Assembly (NCBI RefSeq): GCF_009914755.1
Contig: NC_060930.1
Reading direction: 5' to 3' (one strand)
DNA from: the human T2T-CHM13v2.0 reference genome, Homo sapiens
Length of the DNA: 64,000 nt
Position numbers and translations under genes: made by a program. Each line of letters opens with the position of its first letter. Within the stretch, counting starts at the first letter, position 1. The notes under the pieces are model-generated. The model searched no databases, had not been told where the DNA came from, and was given only the letters and a program-made list of their open reading frames with translations. This document shows, one piece after another, positions 43,616-58,208 of this stretch.

Positions 43616-44407
43616 GCCCTATTCCCACTATGAGGGAAAAAGGAATCTGTAGAATTGTTGGGAATAGGAGATAAAGGGTCCTAATGGAGTTTTGTGCTAT
43701 GACTCCTATATTCCACTTCAGCAGGCTAACAAGTGTCCAGTAAAGGTAAACATGAAATAGTGCTGGCAAGCTACAAGAGATGTAATTTCTGAATTTCATC
43801 ACAGTGGGAAAGTCTAAGCCTGAACAAGGAGAAGATATTAAGAAAAATTCTCTGGTAAACCAGCTCCAGGAGAGGAATTTGAGGCCTGTGGTTCACAGAG
43901 TATAACCACAGAAACAAAAATTCTCATATCCAGCTCAATTAGATTAACACAAAACCCTTGTGCTAAAGAAAGATCTAACAGAAGGAAAGATATGCCTGGA
44001 TCCAAGCAAAAATCTATTTATCTCATTTTCTATTATCTACACAAGGTGTAGATGTTCAACAAAAAATTAGGAAGTATATGAAAAGCCTAGGAAACATATT
44101 CCCAAGACACAAATGAATTAGCACTAGACTCAAAATATGACATAAGAATTTAAATTTATTATGCTAAAGGCTCCATTTGAAAAGGAGGTCAACACACAAG
44201 ATCATATGGGTAGTTTCAGCAAAGTGAGAGAAATTATAAGAAATTAAATAGAAATGCTAGCAATCTAAAGCACAGTAGCAGAGATAAAAAATGCCTATGA
44301 CTGGCTCATTCATAAACTCAACACAGATGAGGCAAAAATGTCATTGAACTTAAAAATAGTTCACTAGAAATTACCAAATATGAAATGCAAAGATAAATAA
44401 AGAGTAG

Positions 44408-44796
44408 TATTAAACTAAATGGATTTCTTCTAAAATTACCTCTGTACTTTGAATTTCTCTGTAGTAAACTGCAACCTAACTCAGTATATGCGAACTGCAA
44501 CATAATTTGAGTATATTCTTTTAACAAGTAGCTGAGTCTCAGCCAATCATCACAGCCAAAATTCAGCCAATTATAGGCTGTCAACTGATCAGACATGCCC
44601 AAATAAGGCAAATGCTGAGCTGGAATCAATCAAGCTGTTTCTGTACGTCACATCCTTTTTCTGTCTGTAAATATTACCTGCCCAAGTTGCTGAGTGAAGC
44701 TCTCTGAACCTCTCCTGGTTCTGAGTGCTGCCTGATTCATACTTTGCTCAAATAAATTCTGCTAAATTTAATTTGTCAAAAGTTTTTCTTTTAACA
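44408..44796 (+). mobile_element. MER57-like ERV1 solo LTR within L1 fragments
   Basis: aactgcaacctaac, gagtctcagccaatca, aataaa, ends ttttaaca; 4 bp TSD gtag. Confidence 0.85.
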
Positions 44797-45014
44797 GTAG
44801 AAATAAAAAACATAACAGAGATAAAAGAATGGGGCAGGAGAATTTTGGAAGAAATAATGGCTAAGAGTTTTCCAAAATTAATAACAGATATGAAATCACA
44901 AGTCCTGAAGCTCAGAGAACACTAAACAAGATGTATATATAAAGATGATATGGTTATTATATTCAAGCTGCTGAAAGCAAAAGACAGGGAAAATCCTAAA
45001 AGTAGAGAGAAGGG

Positions 45015-45340
45015 GCCAGGCCCAGTGGCTCACGCCTATAAACCCAGCACTTTGGGAGGCTGAGGTGGGTGGATCATGAGGTCAGGAGATCAAGACCACC
45101 CTGGCTAACATGGTGAAACCCCGTCTCTACTAAAAATACAAAAAATTAGCTGGGCATGGTGGCGGGCGCCTGCAGTCCCAGCTACTCGGGAGGCTGAGGC
45201 AGAAGAATGGCAGGAACCCGGCATGAACCCAGGAGACGGAGCTTGCAGTGAGCCGAGACTGCGCCACTGCACTCCAGCCTGGGCGACAGAGCGAGACTCC
45301 ATCTGAAAAAAAAAACAACAAAACAAACAAAAAAAATAAA
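45015..45340 (+). mobile_element. AluY SINE
   Basis: Full dimer with an 11 bp internal duplication (ggcaggaacccggcatgaaccc). Confidence 0.95.
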
Positions 45341-46413
45341 ACCAGAGAGAAGGAAAAAAAAGACACATTACCTTACCTACAGTGGAAGGAAGGTAAAGAG
45401 TATAGCTGACTTCTCACCAGAGACTATGAAATCCAGAAGACCATGAAATGACACCATTAAAATGCTGAAATGACAAAGAAAATGAACAGAATCCTATGAA
45501 TCCCAGAATTCTGTATCTAGAGAAGATACCTGTAATAAAAATTAAGGGGACATATTTTTTTCAGGCAAACAAGTACTGAGTGAATTCATTGCCAGCAGAG
45601 CTACACTAAAAGAAATATTAAAGGTAATTCTTCAAGTGGGAGAAATACGATACCAGGCAGAAACCTAATCTACACAAAGAAATAAAGAGCACTGGAAACT
45701 GAAAAAATAAAGTTAAGAGAAATGCCTAGAGGAGAAAGTATTTCAAGGAATGTTGTGGATGAGGTGGGGGTTTTAAGGCAGTAGTGGTGAGAGAAGTAGG
45801 CCTGAAACTAAGGCTAGATGGTGGTGGTCAAAGTATATTAACAATAATTGATTTTTGCATAAGAGATATATTTACGGTGGATTTTACCTGGCTAAAATAT
45901 TGCCCTTTGTTGAAAGATTGCATCACTATGGGATTTTTTTCTTAAATTATTCAACTGTATCATACAGATTATAATTAATATAAGAGACTCCCTTTTAAGG
46001 CTTCAGTCTAAGATGTAGTAAACCAATTGATGTACGAAAAGATTATAGCAATGCTTTTAAATAATCCCTAGGCCACTTCTGTTTCAGTGTCAGCAGAATT
46101 CTATGGTATAATTATTGCATACTTGTAAAAAAAAAAGCATAATTTTTCTCTGAGGTAAATTTAAGAAAATTGTGATAGATTGAGGGATAGAAGATATAAT
46201 GAATTCAATAGAAGACAAAACAAATAAAATTGTAGCAGAAAATGGTTTAAATATCTATTGAGAGTCAAACAATAAAAAATATAATTAAGAAAATTAAAAA
46301 GATTTCAATTAATTTAATTCTAGGTATATTAACATCCTATGTGGATTAGAGATGGTTAGCATTTGGTAACCATTATTAAGTAACACTACTCAATACAAGT
46401 ACCACAAATAACA

Positions 46414-46708
46414 TTTTTTTTTTTTTGAGACCGAGTCTCGCTCTGTCACCCAGGCTGGAGTGCAGTGGCGGGATTTCGGCTCTCTGCAAGCTCGGCCTCC
46501 CGGGTTCATGCCCTTCTCCTGCCTCAGCCCCCGGAGTAGCTGGGAGTACAGGGGCTGGCCACCACGCCCGGCTAATTTTTTTGTATTTTTAGTAGAGACT
46601 GGGTTTCACCGTGTTAGCCAGGATGGTCTAGATCTCCTGACCTCATGATCCGCCCACCTCGGCCTCCCAAAGTGCTGGGACTACAGGCGTGAGCCACCGC
46701 GCCTGGCC
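46414..46708 (-). mobile_element. AluY SINE
   Basis: Antisense dimer. Confidence 0.95.
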
Positions 46709-48924
46709 CATCTCCTCTCTTTATGGATCATTCTTGCTTATAGTCCAGTCTTGCAAGGACTTAACATAATAGGAACCACCTACTGATTTATTTCCCTCAC
46801 CGTCTCTCACATCTTTCTTTCTCTGCTGAATGAGTTTACACTTAATTCCAAGGGCAATATTATAATCAAATCCTTGTGTATACATTTGTTGACATTCATA
46901 CATCTGTGGGTGGATGTTAGAGCCTGAAAGGATTGGGGTTTAAGGAAAAATGGCATCAGGAATATTTAGAGACAACAAGTGTATACAACTTTTTTTCAGG
47001 AATTTTGCTGCAAAGTGGAGCAGTAAAACACATTTGGAGGGCAAGGACATAGGGTAAACAGCTCTAGGTTTAAGTATACGTAAGAGAGAATTTCTTATTT
47101 TTAAAGTTGAATGTTTAAGATATTGGCATGTTTGTATTTTTACTGAGGATGTGAAAAAATGTAGGGTATTGTCTTCTTTTAAAAAATATTTAAATATTTT
47201 TAAATGCCTTATTTAAAATGTGAACAAATTCTTCATCCTATATCCTTAGCAGCTACTTTCTTGCTTGTCTCATTTTCAGAGCCAAATTTTTTATTAAATT
47301 AATTATATTTTCAGTTTAAGTAATATAGATATATGCATGTGTGTATGTATATACATATACATAAACATATACACTTACATTTCTTAATGGTTTTCTTGTA
47401 TCAATATTTTATTTGTTCTTTAGATGCTATCTCTGAATTTCATACTATGAAAGATTTAACACTCTTTCACTACACACTACACTCACACATTTCTTTTTAT
47501 CCTATATTCCTAGAATTGTTAACTAAAATTTGTGGTGAAATAAATATCTATTGTTTAATTATTATGGTTATGTAAATATTATTGGCACCGGACCTACACA
47601 GCATAATCCTATTTCTTTCTCATGCAAACTTTTTCTTCTTCCTTAAGTTAATAATTGCTTAATTTCTCTTTTTTTTAGTTTTCTCTGTACTGAACACAAA
47701 TCACTAACTTTTATAGAGCTCTAAAACTTTTTCCAGTATCGTCAAAGTCATCAGGTAATGTATGTTTTATTTAATATTTTTGAAAGTGCTCTTTCTTGAA
47801 TCCCCCATCCTCATGATTCATAATATGATTGCTCTCTCCATCTCAATCTTCCCTTTATGAATATCATGGGAATTCCCCTCTTTTCTGTTTCACATTTCCT
47901 GTTTCTCAAACTCAGTGTTTTACCCTTTCTTGGTTTGCCTGTTTATTTGGTAGAACTTATATTCCAGGAGTTTCCAGTGAAAGTTTAAGAGGAAGAACAT
48001 TTTTTGAGATCTTGCATATCAGAAATATTTCTATTTTAGCCCCACACCTGGCAGTTTGGCTGGATATTCAATTCTAGTTCTAGCTAGCTAGTTCTAGCTC
48101 CTCAGGATTTTGTAAGTATTGCTTCATTTTCTTCTACCTCCCAGTGCTTTATCTGAAGAGTTCAGTGGATTTCTTACTCATAATCCTTTCAATGTGACAT
48201 AATTTTCCAGAGAAATTTTGGGGATTGCTATTATAATAAAACTCATAGGAGATACTTGTTTTCTCAATGGTCTCTGCAGAAATTACTCTATCTTTTAGTA
48301 TTGAGTATTGCTGTGGCAAAATATGAATGACCCTGTTTATTCTGTCTTTGTATGTGACTTGTTTACTTTGCCTGAATTCCATTTACTCTGTCTTCATCTA
48401 TTATGTTCAGTAATGTCACCAGGATATGGTTCAGTGCAGGCTATTCAGCATCTTTTTTTTTCTTTTTCTTTTTCTTTTTTTTTGCTGCCAAGTCAAGAAG
48501 TTCTTTATTTCAGGAAATCTTCCTTGCATTTTTTTATTCAACATTTTTTTTACTCTCTTCTTCAGATAGGAAAGAAAAATTATGTGTATTGGTCCTCTTC
48601 TTTCCCTATGTGTATAAACTTTTAAATAATTGTCATGTCTATTTCCAGTATTTATCCTTTTCTATTTCATTTTGAGTGATTTCTTCAGGATAGAATATTA
48701 AGTACCTGACATTATTTATATCATTTATAATTGCCACTTTTGTTGTTTCCTGTAACTATTTTATATTCTCTTCATCTCTAGAGCCCTTCAAGTCTATTTA
48801 TCATCGTTTCTGATAGTTTCAAGTTTTTCAAGAGCTTATATCACTGTTTTGGAACACTTCATCTTAGTGATTTTTATTGTTCATAATTTCTGAGATGATA
48901 GGTAATTATTGTCTGAACTCTTTT

Positions 48925-49166
48925 TCTTTTTTATTAATTTTTATTTATTATTTATTTTTTGTTATACTTTAAGTTCTGGGATACATTCTGTGCAGAATGT
49001 GCAGGTTTGTTACATAGGTATACATGGGCCATGGTGGTTTGCTGCACCCATCGGCCTGTCATCTACATTAGGTATTCTTCCTAATGCTATCCCTCCCCTA
49101 GCCCTCTACCCGCCGACAGGCCCTGGTGTGTGATGTTCTCCTCCCTGTGCCCCTGTGATCTCATTG
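48925..49166 (-). mobile_element. 5'-truncated L1PA 3' end
   Basis: TSD tgtctgaactcttttt on both sides. Confidence 0.9.
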
Positions 49167-50894
49167 TGTCTGAACTCTTTTTCTGTCTTCTAGTACAGTT
49201 TCTCTTGTGATATAAATTGTTTGTATTTTGATTGTCTTATTTCCCCATTTTCCCCCAAAATATCTTTTAAGGATATTTTTTCATTTTATTCATATATATT
49301 TTCCAATTTCTATTATGACGTATCATTGCTTGCTAAGATTATGGTTATCTTGAATGGGGTCAGTTTAGGAATATCTGAAGAAAGGACACAGGAAGAATGA
49401 ACTAGTAAAGCCTACAGCGTTGATATAAACACAGTTGCCTTAATAAATCTCTATCAAATCTGTACTTACTTTTTCCACAATCATGTCTCTCCTTAACTGT
49501 CTGAATCAATATATTTTGAATTTTTTCTGGGTAATTATCAGGATCCAGGTGTTTGGGGCAGCACACAGTAAAACCCCTCATCTCATCAGCTCTTAGTTGT
49601 ATTATCTGGTGACTTCCCCTTCTTTTCCCTCCTTTACCAAGTTGCACATCTGACAGTGTCCTCTCTCAAAGGGGAAAAATTACAGATAATCAGAGTAACA
49701 CGTTGGCCTGATTTATCTTTCAATGAAGATTTTAAATCATATCTCTAGTACAATATTTTAAAATCACTTATCTAGTTATATTCCATGTTGTGACTCTAGA
49801 CCTGACAAAAAGGTAATGCATAACCTGTATTACATCAAGGAATTCAGTAAATATCTTTGTCTTCATGTGTAGCATATTTTATATTATCTGATAAATATGC
49901 TTCATAGTCTGTGATTTTCAAATACATTCATATCCTTGTTCCAAGGAAGATGTCATCTTGGTGGTTTCTTTTTTGCTTTCATTCTCAATATTTCATCATA
50001 AGGAAAAGCGTGAAAATCCTTTTACACTGGAGTAAATAGGAACCACTTTCAGAGAAAACAGTATACCCATAGGATATTTAATCAGGAAAAATATAATTAC
50101 TCTAATATACTAAAATGTTTGTATAAATACAGGTAATATAACTCCCCAAATTAACTGTAAGATAATACTTCTTCTTAAGTGTCAGCCAGTTAAGTATTTT
50201 GGAATATTTGCCAAGAATTGTTTTTATGTTAGGAAAGTTAACCATAGCTTTTCTTTTTGTCAATTTTTTAAAAAGTTTTTGATTCTTACCACTCTACATG
50301 TGTGGCCATGAGCTGTGTGTTTTGCAAACAAAAGAATCTAAGCTTTTCTACTGTTATTGAGGATGGGAAAAGGAACAGGATGATGACTGCACTGAACTAA
50401 TTCAATAATATAACCAAATCATTGATAAGTCAAGGTGCATATTAAAAAGAATATAGAAATGGATCAAACATATTCCAGAGTGGTTGTTTAATTTTAATGA
50501 AAGGCTTTAAAAATGTTTACATAGTTTTGTACTCTTTTACTCCTTTTGCCTACATCTTCTTATTTAGGTTTTTCCCATTCCTCTGTGTAATAAGAAATAA
50601 TGGTTTTACTATTCTCTTTTTGTAGAGGAGTAAATTTAGGGTCCTCAAATTCACATTGCTAGTAACAAGCTTAAGTTGACATTACAGATCCCCTGTCTTC
50701 AATCTCCTGACAGTTGCCTCAACAAGGCCATCTAAATATACACTTGCAATCAGCATTCTAGGAAAATGAATAAAATAGCTTCAAGTGCCATAAAATGCAG
50801 ATTTTTTTGAACACAATTTCTTCTCTTAATTAAGTTAAAATTTCCCTGTAATATTATTTGCATCATTATTTTGTGGCACAATACAACATAGCCT

Positions 50895-51070
50895 ACAAGT
50901 GCCCTGGCTTTGACATCAGGCAGGCCTGGGATCAAAATTAGGCTTTCTCATCTGGGACCTGTATGTGATTTTGGGTAAGTCCTTAACCCTGATAAGTCTT
51001 AGTTTTATTATTGGTAAATTAGGATACTAATATTTATTTCACATTGATCTTTTCAAGTTTGAGTAATTGT
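50895..51070. mobile_element. MIR
   Basis: ctggctttgacatcaggcaggcctggg...gtgattttgggtaagtccttaacc. Confidence 0.75.
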
Positions 51071-53084
51071 ATGTGTGTGACTCAAACATATAATTGTCTA
51101 TCCAGTATCTAATACTAATTATCTTTTCAAATATCACAAACTTACCTTGAAAAGAAGTTATAATTAGTGGATTTAGGAGCAGTAAAACTATTTCTACTTT
51201 ATAGTTAAGAAAAAATGGGCACAGAAATGTTGAAAGACAAAATTAGAATGTCTGTTCAGATTAGGTTCTCCAAGCAGTACAAATCCATAAAAAAAAATTG
51301 CCTTAAGTTAAAATTTTATTTCTTTCATAGAGACAGCAATCAGAAGTAGACAATCTAGAGCTGTAGAGACTAGAAACCAAAAGTCTTCTATTTTATTGTT
51401 CTCCTACCTTTTCTTGCTCCTTCATAATCTAAGACAGCATCAGTCTCTAGTTACATTTACATTCCAGCCAGCAGAGGAAGAAATAACAAAGAATAAAGGA
51501 CAAGGTATAAAGGAGATTCCTTGAAAGCTGCAACTTAACAATTTGGCCACAGCTTTATCAAGTAGCTACATCTAGCAGTGAGACTAAATAATATAATCTC
51601 TATTCCAGGAAGACTCTGTTGTGCTAAGGATTAAGGGTGTTCTTACAAAGAAATAAGAGAAGAGTGAATATCACGTTATGTAACTATCAGTGCATGCCGT
51701 GATATGTTTGATGTTCATTTGAGGTTTATTTGTAAGCGTCTAACTTATTTCCTCTTCTATTAATAATTTTTGCATGAGAAGATCCAGATTCTACTATTGA
51801 CATTATTTCTTTTATATCCTTAACAAATATCTTTCCATCAAGATGTGCTCTTACTTTTTTCCCACTGTATATGGGATTCCAATAACTACTCCACTAGTGG
51901 ACATAGAAGCAATGTCTAGATCTAGTTCCAGTATAGCTCCTCTTTAAATTCTCATTTGTATTTTGGTCTTCATTTAAAATCTTTCTCTAATATAGTTCAA
52001 TATTTCTGTTTTATTTAACCTGTAACTGGTCACACTATTACATCAATGACTGTGGTGTGTTACTTTAATTTTTGAGGGCTTATAATAATCTTCTAATATC
52101 TGTTATGGAAAGTTTCCTTTCACTATTATTATCCATTATTATTAGAGTTTTTGTATTTTCTTCATAATTTATTTTTTAGGCAAATTTTAGCCTCAGTCCT
52201 AAAAATCTTTCCAGAAAGCACATCTAAAAATCCTGTTAATATTTCTCATTTATTGTACAAATTTATAAATTAACATGTTGATAATGTTGAGTCTATTGAG
52301 AAACATTGTATGACTTTAAAACTGTTCAATTTTTTTGTAGTCTTAGAGATTTTTCCAAACAGATCTACCATAATTATACATTTATATGTTGGCCCTTTTG
52401 TTGACAATAAAATGAGGACTTTTCTTCCATTTTCACCTATTATATTTCCCAATTGCTTTTATATATAAAAGCTATTGATTTATATATAGTAATTTAGTTC
52501 TTAACCACTTTAGTAAATTTTTTCTTTGTAGTTACCCTTCTAGTTTATTCTCTTATGTTTTCTGAACACTGTCATATCATCTATAAGGGAAAGTACTAGC
52601 ACATCTTCATTCTCAATTTTATACCTCTAATTTATTTATCTTTACTAACTTTATTGTTTGGTATCCTCAAAGAAAAGTTAAATGATTATAATGCTGGTGG
52701 TCATTTTTATTTTATTTCTGACCTTAAAGGAGTGCTCTTAAGATTTCTCCATTGAGAACAATCTGGCATTTGGTTTTAGAGTAACACATCTTACAGTACA
52801 TATTCACGTATATATTCTTATAAACATTTAATATACTTTTAAAATTTCCAGAATGATTGCATTCTTGATCTATAGTAGCAATTCCTACCATTCCCTTTTA
52901 TATTAATATATCTGGAAAATTTATTAATTATCAAATGGCTATTGGGTAAATAATATGACAGGAAAAAAGAGTGGAATCATGCTGTAGGATGTTTAATGTG
53001 GACCATGCCAGGAACAAGCAGTACCAGTGACCTACTATGAAGCATATGCATCTAATTGTGTAAATAATTGAGATTTTCAGATGC

Positions 53085-53570
53085 ATTACCTATTAATAAG
53101 GCAAGAATTTTTACTATGTGTGAATAAAACTTCAATAACAGTGGTTGAAACAAGAGAGTGGGGTGTTTCTTGCTCAGGTAAAACTCAGATATAGGAATTC
53201 AAGGACATCTCATGGCTCCACAGCCCTCTGGGACTCAAGCCACCTCCAGCTTTGCATTCTGTCATCCCTAAGATAGTGCCTTGCGTTTAGGGGTCAGAAT
53301 TGAATTTCAATCATCACATCAATAATCCAAGCCACAACATGGAGGAAGGGAAGAGGAATTGACATGTGCCCTTCATTTTAGGACATGTTCCAGAAATTGT
53401 GGATACTATTTCTATTTATGTCTCTGTGGTCCACACTTAGTCACATGGTTGCTTGTGTAAAGCAAATTGGAAATTTAGCCTTAATTCTGGGAGACCATAT
53501 TCCCAGCTAAAATTCTACGATTCTTTTACTAATAAAGAATGAAAAATAGATATTAAGAATTAACTAGCAG
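53085..53570. mobile_element. MLT1-class LTR just upstream of LEG1
   Basis: aataacagtggttgaaacaag...acttagtcacatgg. Confidence 0.65.
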
Positions 53571-54069
53571 GTTTTGTTCCAGCAGGCTGACTTTCATTAT
53601 TGAATTGAGCTAATTAGATATTCTTTAAGCTTCTTTCTTGAAGCAGAACATTGTATTACAACTGGATCACACATATTTTTAGTACACATTTGAAGATTAT
53701 TATAAATCCTAGTATTTCCATCTCCAGCTATTTAATATTTTCCATGAAATATGTTAAAGTATTTTTATTAGAGGGAAGCATTCTAAAGCCATTTGTGATG
53801 TATTTTGTAATCACAATGCAGCCTGGGAAACTTCTGGAAGGTTTTTGTTGATAAATAGTTTTATCTAATACATTATAAACAAGCCTAACCTTGTATTTAG
53901 GTTCTGACACAGTATTCTGACGCTGAAGAGTCTGGGAAATTTAATTGTCCTAAATGTTAGCTAATACATCAATTTCTTCTACATTTTCACCCTATCCAGG
54001 AAAACAAAAAAGCAAAGTGTTGATATGCTGTGAGGTTAGCAAATATCATGACTTCCTCTTCCATTCTCC

Positions 54070-54076
54070 AATAAAA
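54070..54076 (+). promoter_or_regulatory. TATA-like element (AATAAAA) upstream of the LEG1 ATG
   Basis: AATAAAA about 40 bp 5' of the start codon; position fits a TATA box with a short 5'UTR. Inference only. Confidence 0.4.
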
Positions 54077-54111
54077 GCCCTGCTACGATCGCAATCCCCA
54101 GCTCTGGCACA

Positions 54112-54412
54112 ATGGCTTTTCTTCCTTCCTGGGTTTGTGTACTAGTTGGTTCCTTTTCTGCTTCCTTAGCAGGGACTTCCAATCTCTCAGAGACAGAGCC
54201 CCCTCTGTGGAAGGAGAGTCCTGGTCAGCTCAGTGACTACAGGGTGGAGAACAGCATGTACATTATTAATCCCTGGGTATACCTTGAGAGAATGGGGATG
54301 TATAAAATCATATTGAATCAGACAGCCAGGTATTTTGCAAAATTTGCACCAGATAATGAACAGAATATTTTATGGGGGTTGCCTCTGCAGTATGGCTGGC
54401 AATATAGGACAG
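54112..54412 (+). CDS. C6orf58: LEG1 homolog (C6orf58), coding exon 1 (signal peptide and start of Leg1 domain)
   Basis: ORF 54112 gives MAFLPSWVCVLVGSFSASLAG...INPWVYLERMGMYKIILNQT...NILWGLPLQYGWQYRT, which I recognise as the human LEG1 N-terminus; donor ACAG|GTAAGA at 54412/54413, phase 1. Confidence 0.96.
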
Positions 54413-55611
54413 GTAAGAATGACTCTTGTTTTCATTGTAATGATCTACCGATAGACCTATGAAGTATTTGGGAAATTGGACTCTGTATATACCCTACTAT
54501 GTTTTTAAAAATTGATTCTTTATCTTGTTCTCTTTTCCCTTATAATCATTGTTTTTCTACCTATCCTTCTCCTTATCCACAAATCCTTCTTTTGTGGGTT
54601 GTGTGTTATTATTAGAAGCTTCAATGAGGCATAAGACATAGTTATCAACTGTGAAAAGACATCACATCTCATCTATTGAGCATTTCACAAATATTTGTTG
54701 AAGTTCTACTAAGTGCCACACTCCTTTCTAAGCAATGAGATGAACAAAACAGTCAAGGGGATATACAAAGTGATGTCCAATTAGTTTGAATTTCTTGAAG
54801 TTCTAATTATGATATGAGGTTATAAAGAAGCATCACATTGTTCATGAAGATCTTTCTCTGTAAAATGTTTGCTTCCTCTTGGAAATAAGGTACCTTACAG
54901 TGTATAGACAGAAGTTACATTTTGGGATAAAATATACATGAATTGAAAGATACTTTTGTTCTGGTTGATAGAAGCTCATGAGAAAGAGTGGTGCCTGTTG
55001 CCCACTCCCTGCTGATGACACAGCCAATAAAGAAATTATTGTGTGTGAGAGAGAGGTTAAGAAAAGAGCAATTTCATTTGGAAGAAAAACAATGATTATT
55101 TTCTAATATTTACATAATGCATATTACAGGTGAAACACCTTTGGTGCTTTTTCTCACCTCACATCACAACCTTATAATGTAGTTAATATTATTATCCCCA
55201 TGTCATAGATGAGAAAACTAAGGCATTAGAGGTTATTTAGATAAAGTCAAGCTAGTAAGTGGTAGAGCAGGGGTTTGTTTTGACTCTCGACCATCTCTTT
55301 TCATCTGTATGCATATTGCTTCATAGTTTCGATTAGAAGGTAGAGGAGGAAATAGAAGAGAGTATCCTTACAAAAGTAAATAATATTTAGGACCTATAAC
55401 TCAAAAGTAGAAAACTGTGTTGTTAAGGAAAAGGAAAGAAATTAGAAACTAAAAAATAAAAGATAAAAAAAGAATGATGGGAATACAAACACATATCATT
55501 CAGAAATAAATGCTTTTGTATCTACAAACAAAATCTATGTGGTTAAGCAATAGTTACAGCCAGTTTCAAAATGCGTATAATAAATACGACTGTGCATCCT
55601 CTCTCCTCCAG

Positions 55612-55698
55612 GCAGATTAGCTGATCCAACCCGAAGGACAAACTGTGGCTATGAATCTGGAGATCATATGTGCATCTCTGTGGACAGTTGGTGGGCTG
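55612..55698 (+). CDS. C6orf58: LEG1 homolog (C6orf58), coding exon 2
   Basis: Acceptor ctctctcctccag|; translates (G)RLADPTRRTNCGYESGDHMCISVDSWWA; donor GCTG|GTATGT; 87 nt, phase 1-1. Confidence 0.95.
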
Positions 55699-57190
55699 GT
55701 ATGTTCGTTTAAGTGGCAAAATAGATATTAACCTTTCCTGAAAGAAAGCATTCAAACCTAAAATCTTAGGGACAGAGACAGAACTAAAATAATCCTGTTC
55801 CTATTTTAAAAAGGAATCTATTTCACCGTGTACCTTATGGCCTTTAGGTCACTTTAAGGGATTTAAGAGCCACAATGTCAATAATGATTCCTTAGGACAT
55901 ATCCAGCTTTTCACAGAAGGACGAAAACAAGGTTCTGCAAAAGCAGTGGCCTCTGAGGGGCCAGCTCTGGTAGTTAGGTGGGAGGTCCAACTGATGACAA
56001 AGAATCTCCAGAATAAGGAACGATGAGAAGTGAGACATCAAGACAAATGATGCTTTTTCATTTTGCTCAGACCAGATGTGGTTAATATTGAAACCCATAA
56101 ACATGCCAGAGATTAATACCTACTGCAATTCATTATACCAATCAGTAATCTCAGGCTTTAATCATATACTTAATGCTAAAATAACCAGAAGGTATTTTCT
56201 AATTCTTTCATTTAATTTTATGCTTTAGTAATGAAAACAATTTATACCACAAATCCTTAGAGGTATTTCTCAATAGTTAGAAACACGACCACATTAAATT
56301 TCACTTTTTCAGGGCAACACACATCATATGTATCCTTAAGCATTTTCCACTTACTACCCCTAGTTCTTTTAAAAGACTCGCGAATAGTAGTGGCCACAGA
56401 TCTAGAATTCAGAGTTTGTTATTCTTAGATTGGTTTAGTAGTTTGGAGGATTAGCCTGCTACACTGTGGCATAGGATTCCATTCACAAATGCCTGTCTAG
56501 GATGAAATATTCTACATCACTGATTTCTAGTGGAAATCAGTATAAGCCTAATATCCAACTAATGAAAATGTCTGAGTCTGCTGGAATAGGTGATATATAG
56601 GTAAAATTTTTTAAAATGTGAAAATAGTCATGTTTGATTGTCAGTCTAATGGTCTATTGTCAAAACTTACCCAAAATTTGTGCTTTAAAGGATAAAATAA
56701 GATAAAAATTTAGTGATATCATGATTACAAATTAAACTTATGTGTATAAAATAGAAAACATTCATTTACCAAAGCTATAATCATGTTAAAATATTTTAGA
56801 GAAAAATACAAGTACAATTCACAATAAAACCGTAATGAGAGGTTTTGTACCATTTTGTGGAAAAGTTGATAGCTTTCTTCCATTCTTACTTAATGCTTTG
56901 AAAAAATGAATATTATGATATCCATTAAAATTACTTTTTGTTTTAAAATATAGTCAACTACTTTAGCCAATATGTTATATATTTATGACTATAAGGTTAT
57001 TAACAGAAATGCAATCAAAGTTATATATTTGATCCTTAGGGGGATTTTTGTTCAATATTTTTTTCCTAATGGTTAGCTTTTATAATGTTTCTGGGTCTGT
57101 GAATTTTTTTATGACTTATGCCTTCCTTAAAAATATCCTCTTTGAAATTTGTTAGTGCTTGTAGTAATAGTAAATCTTTTGTTCTTACAG

Positions 57191-57375
57191 ATTTGAATTA
57201 TTTTCTGTCTTCATTACCCTTTCTTGCTGCGGTTGATTCTGGTGTAATGGGGATATCATCAGACCAAGTCAGGCTTTTGCCCCCACCCAGGAATGAGAGG
57301 AAGTTTTGTTATGATGTTTCTAGCTGTCGTTCATCCTTCCCTGAGACAATGAACAAGTGGAACACCTTTTACCAG
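57191..57375 (+). CDS. C6orf58: LEG1 homolog (C6orf58), coding exon 3
   Basis: Acceptor ttttgttcttacag|; (D)LNYFLSSLPFLAAVDSGVMGISSDQVRLLPPPRNERKFCYDVSSCRSSFPETMNKWNTFYQ; donor CAG|GTTCCT; phase 1-0. Confidence 0.95.
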
Positions 57376-58107
57376 GTTCCTTCTTTATACTCTTACGAGA
57401 TAGGAAGAGAGTTTATTTTGTCATATAATTTCGTCTAGGATTTTTTTGTGCATTACATAATATTTTCCTTAGTATGCAGATGTAAATTGCTATGCATGAT
57501 ATATTAATAGTATATTGTAGAGTGTTATGAGTCATTAACACCTACTGCCTCAATACAGCATTAACATAAATCTATCCATTCTTCTTGCCTCAAATACATT
57601 ATACAAAAATGGTGAGCATACAGGATATTTTGCTGAATGATTAATAAGCTATTCTGATTAATTGAGTCTTCATGTCCACTAGGATATTGGAAGAAATTTG
57701 ACTAAAATCAATGAAGAAAAGATATATTTACTAGTACTTTAGTAGATTATTGCATTAGTTTAGATCTAATGAAACATTTTAAGAAGATATTTTTGTTACT
57801 CACGATTTTATGGTAATTTTAACAGTGTTAACAGGAAAAAATAAAGGCCTGATCGGTATAAAATATAAACTCTGAAAATACTTGAAGTTCAATACTTATA
57901 GATGCATATGCTATTATTAAAACTAATGAATATTTTTGTGTTATTTAAAGAGTGTTAGGCATTAAGGCCATATACATACTTTTTCTTAGAAATAAAATTC
58001 TTCTTTTATGTACAATATTGCTAAAATATATCTGAACATGACTAAATTTCAGGGAGAAGGATTTTATAGTTGCTCAAATATTAATAAATTTGACCTCTTT
58101 ACCTTAG

Positions 58108-58208
58108 TATTTGCAGTCACCTTTTAGTAAGTTTGATGATCTGTTGAAGTACTTATGGGCTGCACACACTTCAACCTTGGCAGATAATATCAAAAGTTTT
58201 GAAGACAG
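58108..58208 (+). CDS. C6orf58: LEG1 homolog (C6orf58), coding exon 4; later exons lie beyond the window
   Basis: Acceptor ctctttaccttag|; YLQSPFSKFDDLLKYLWAAHTSTLADNIKSFED(R); donor ACAG|GTAAGA; phase 0-2. Confidence 0.95.
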
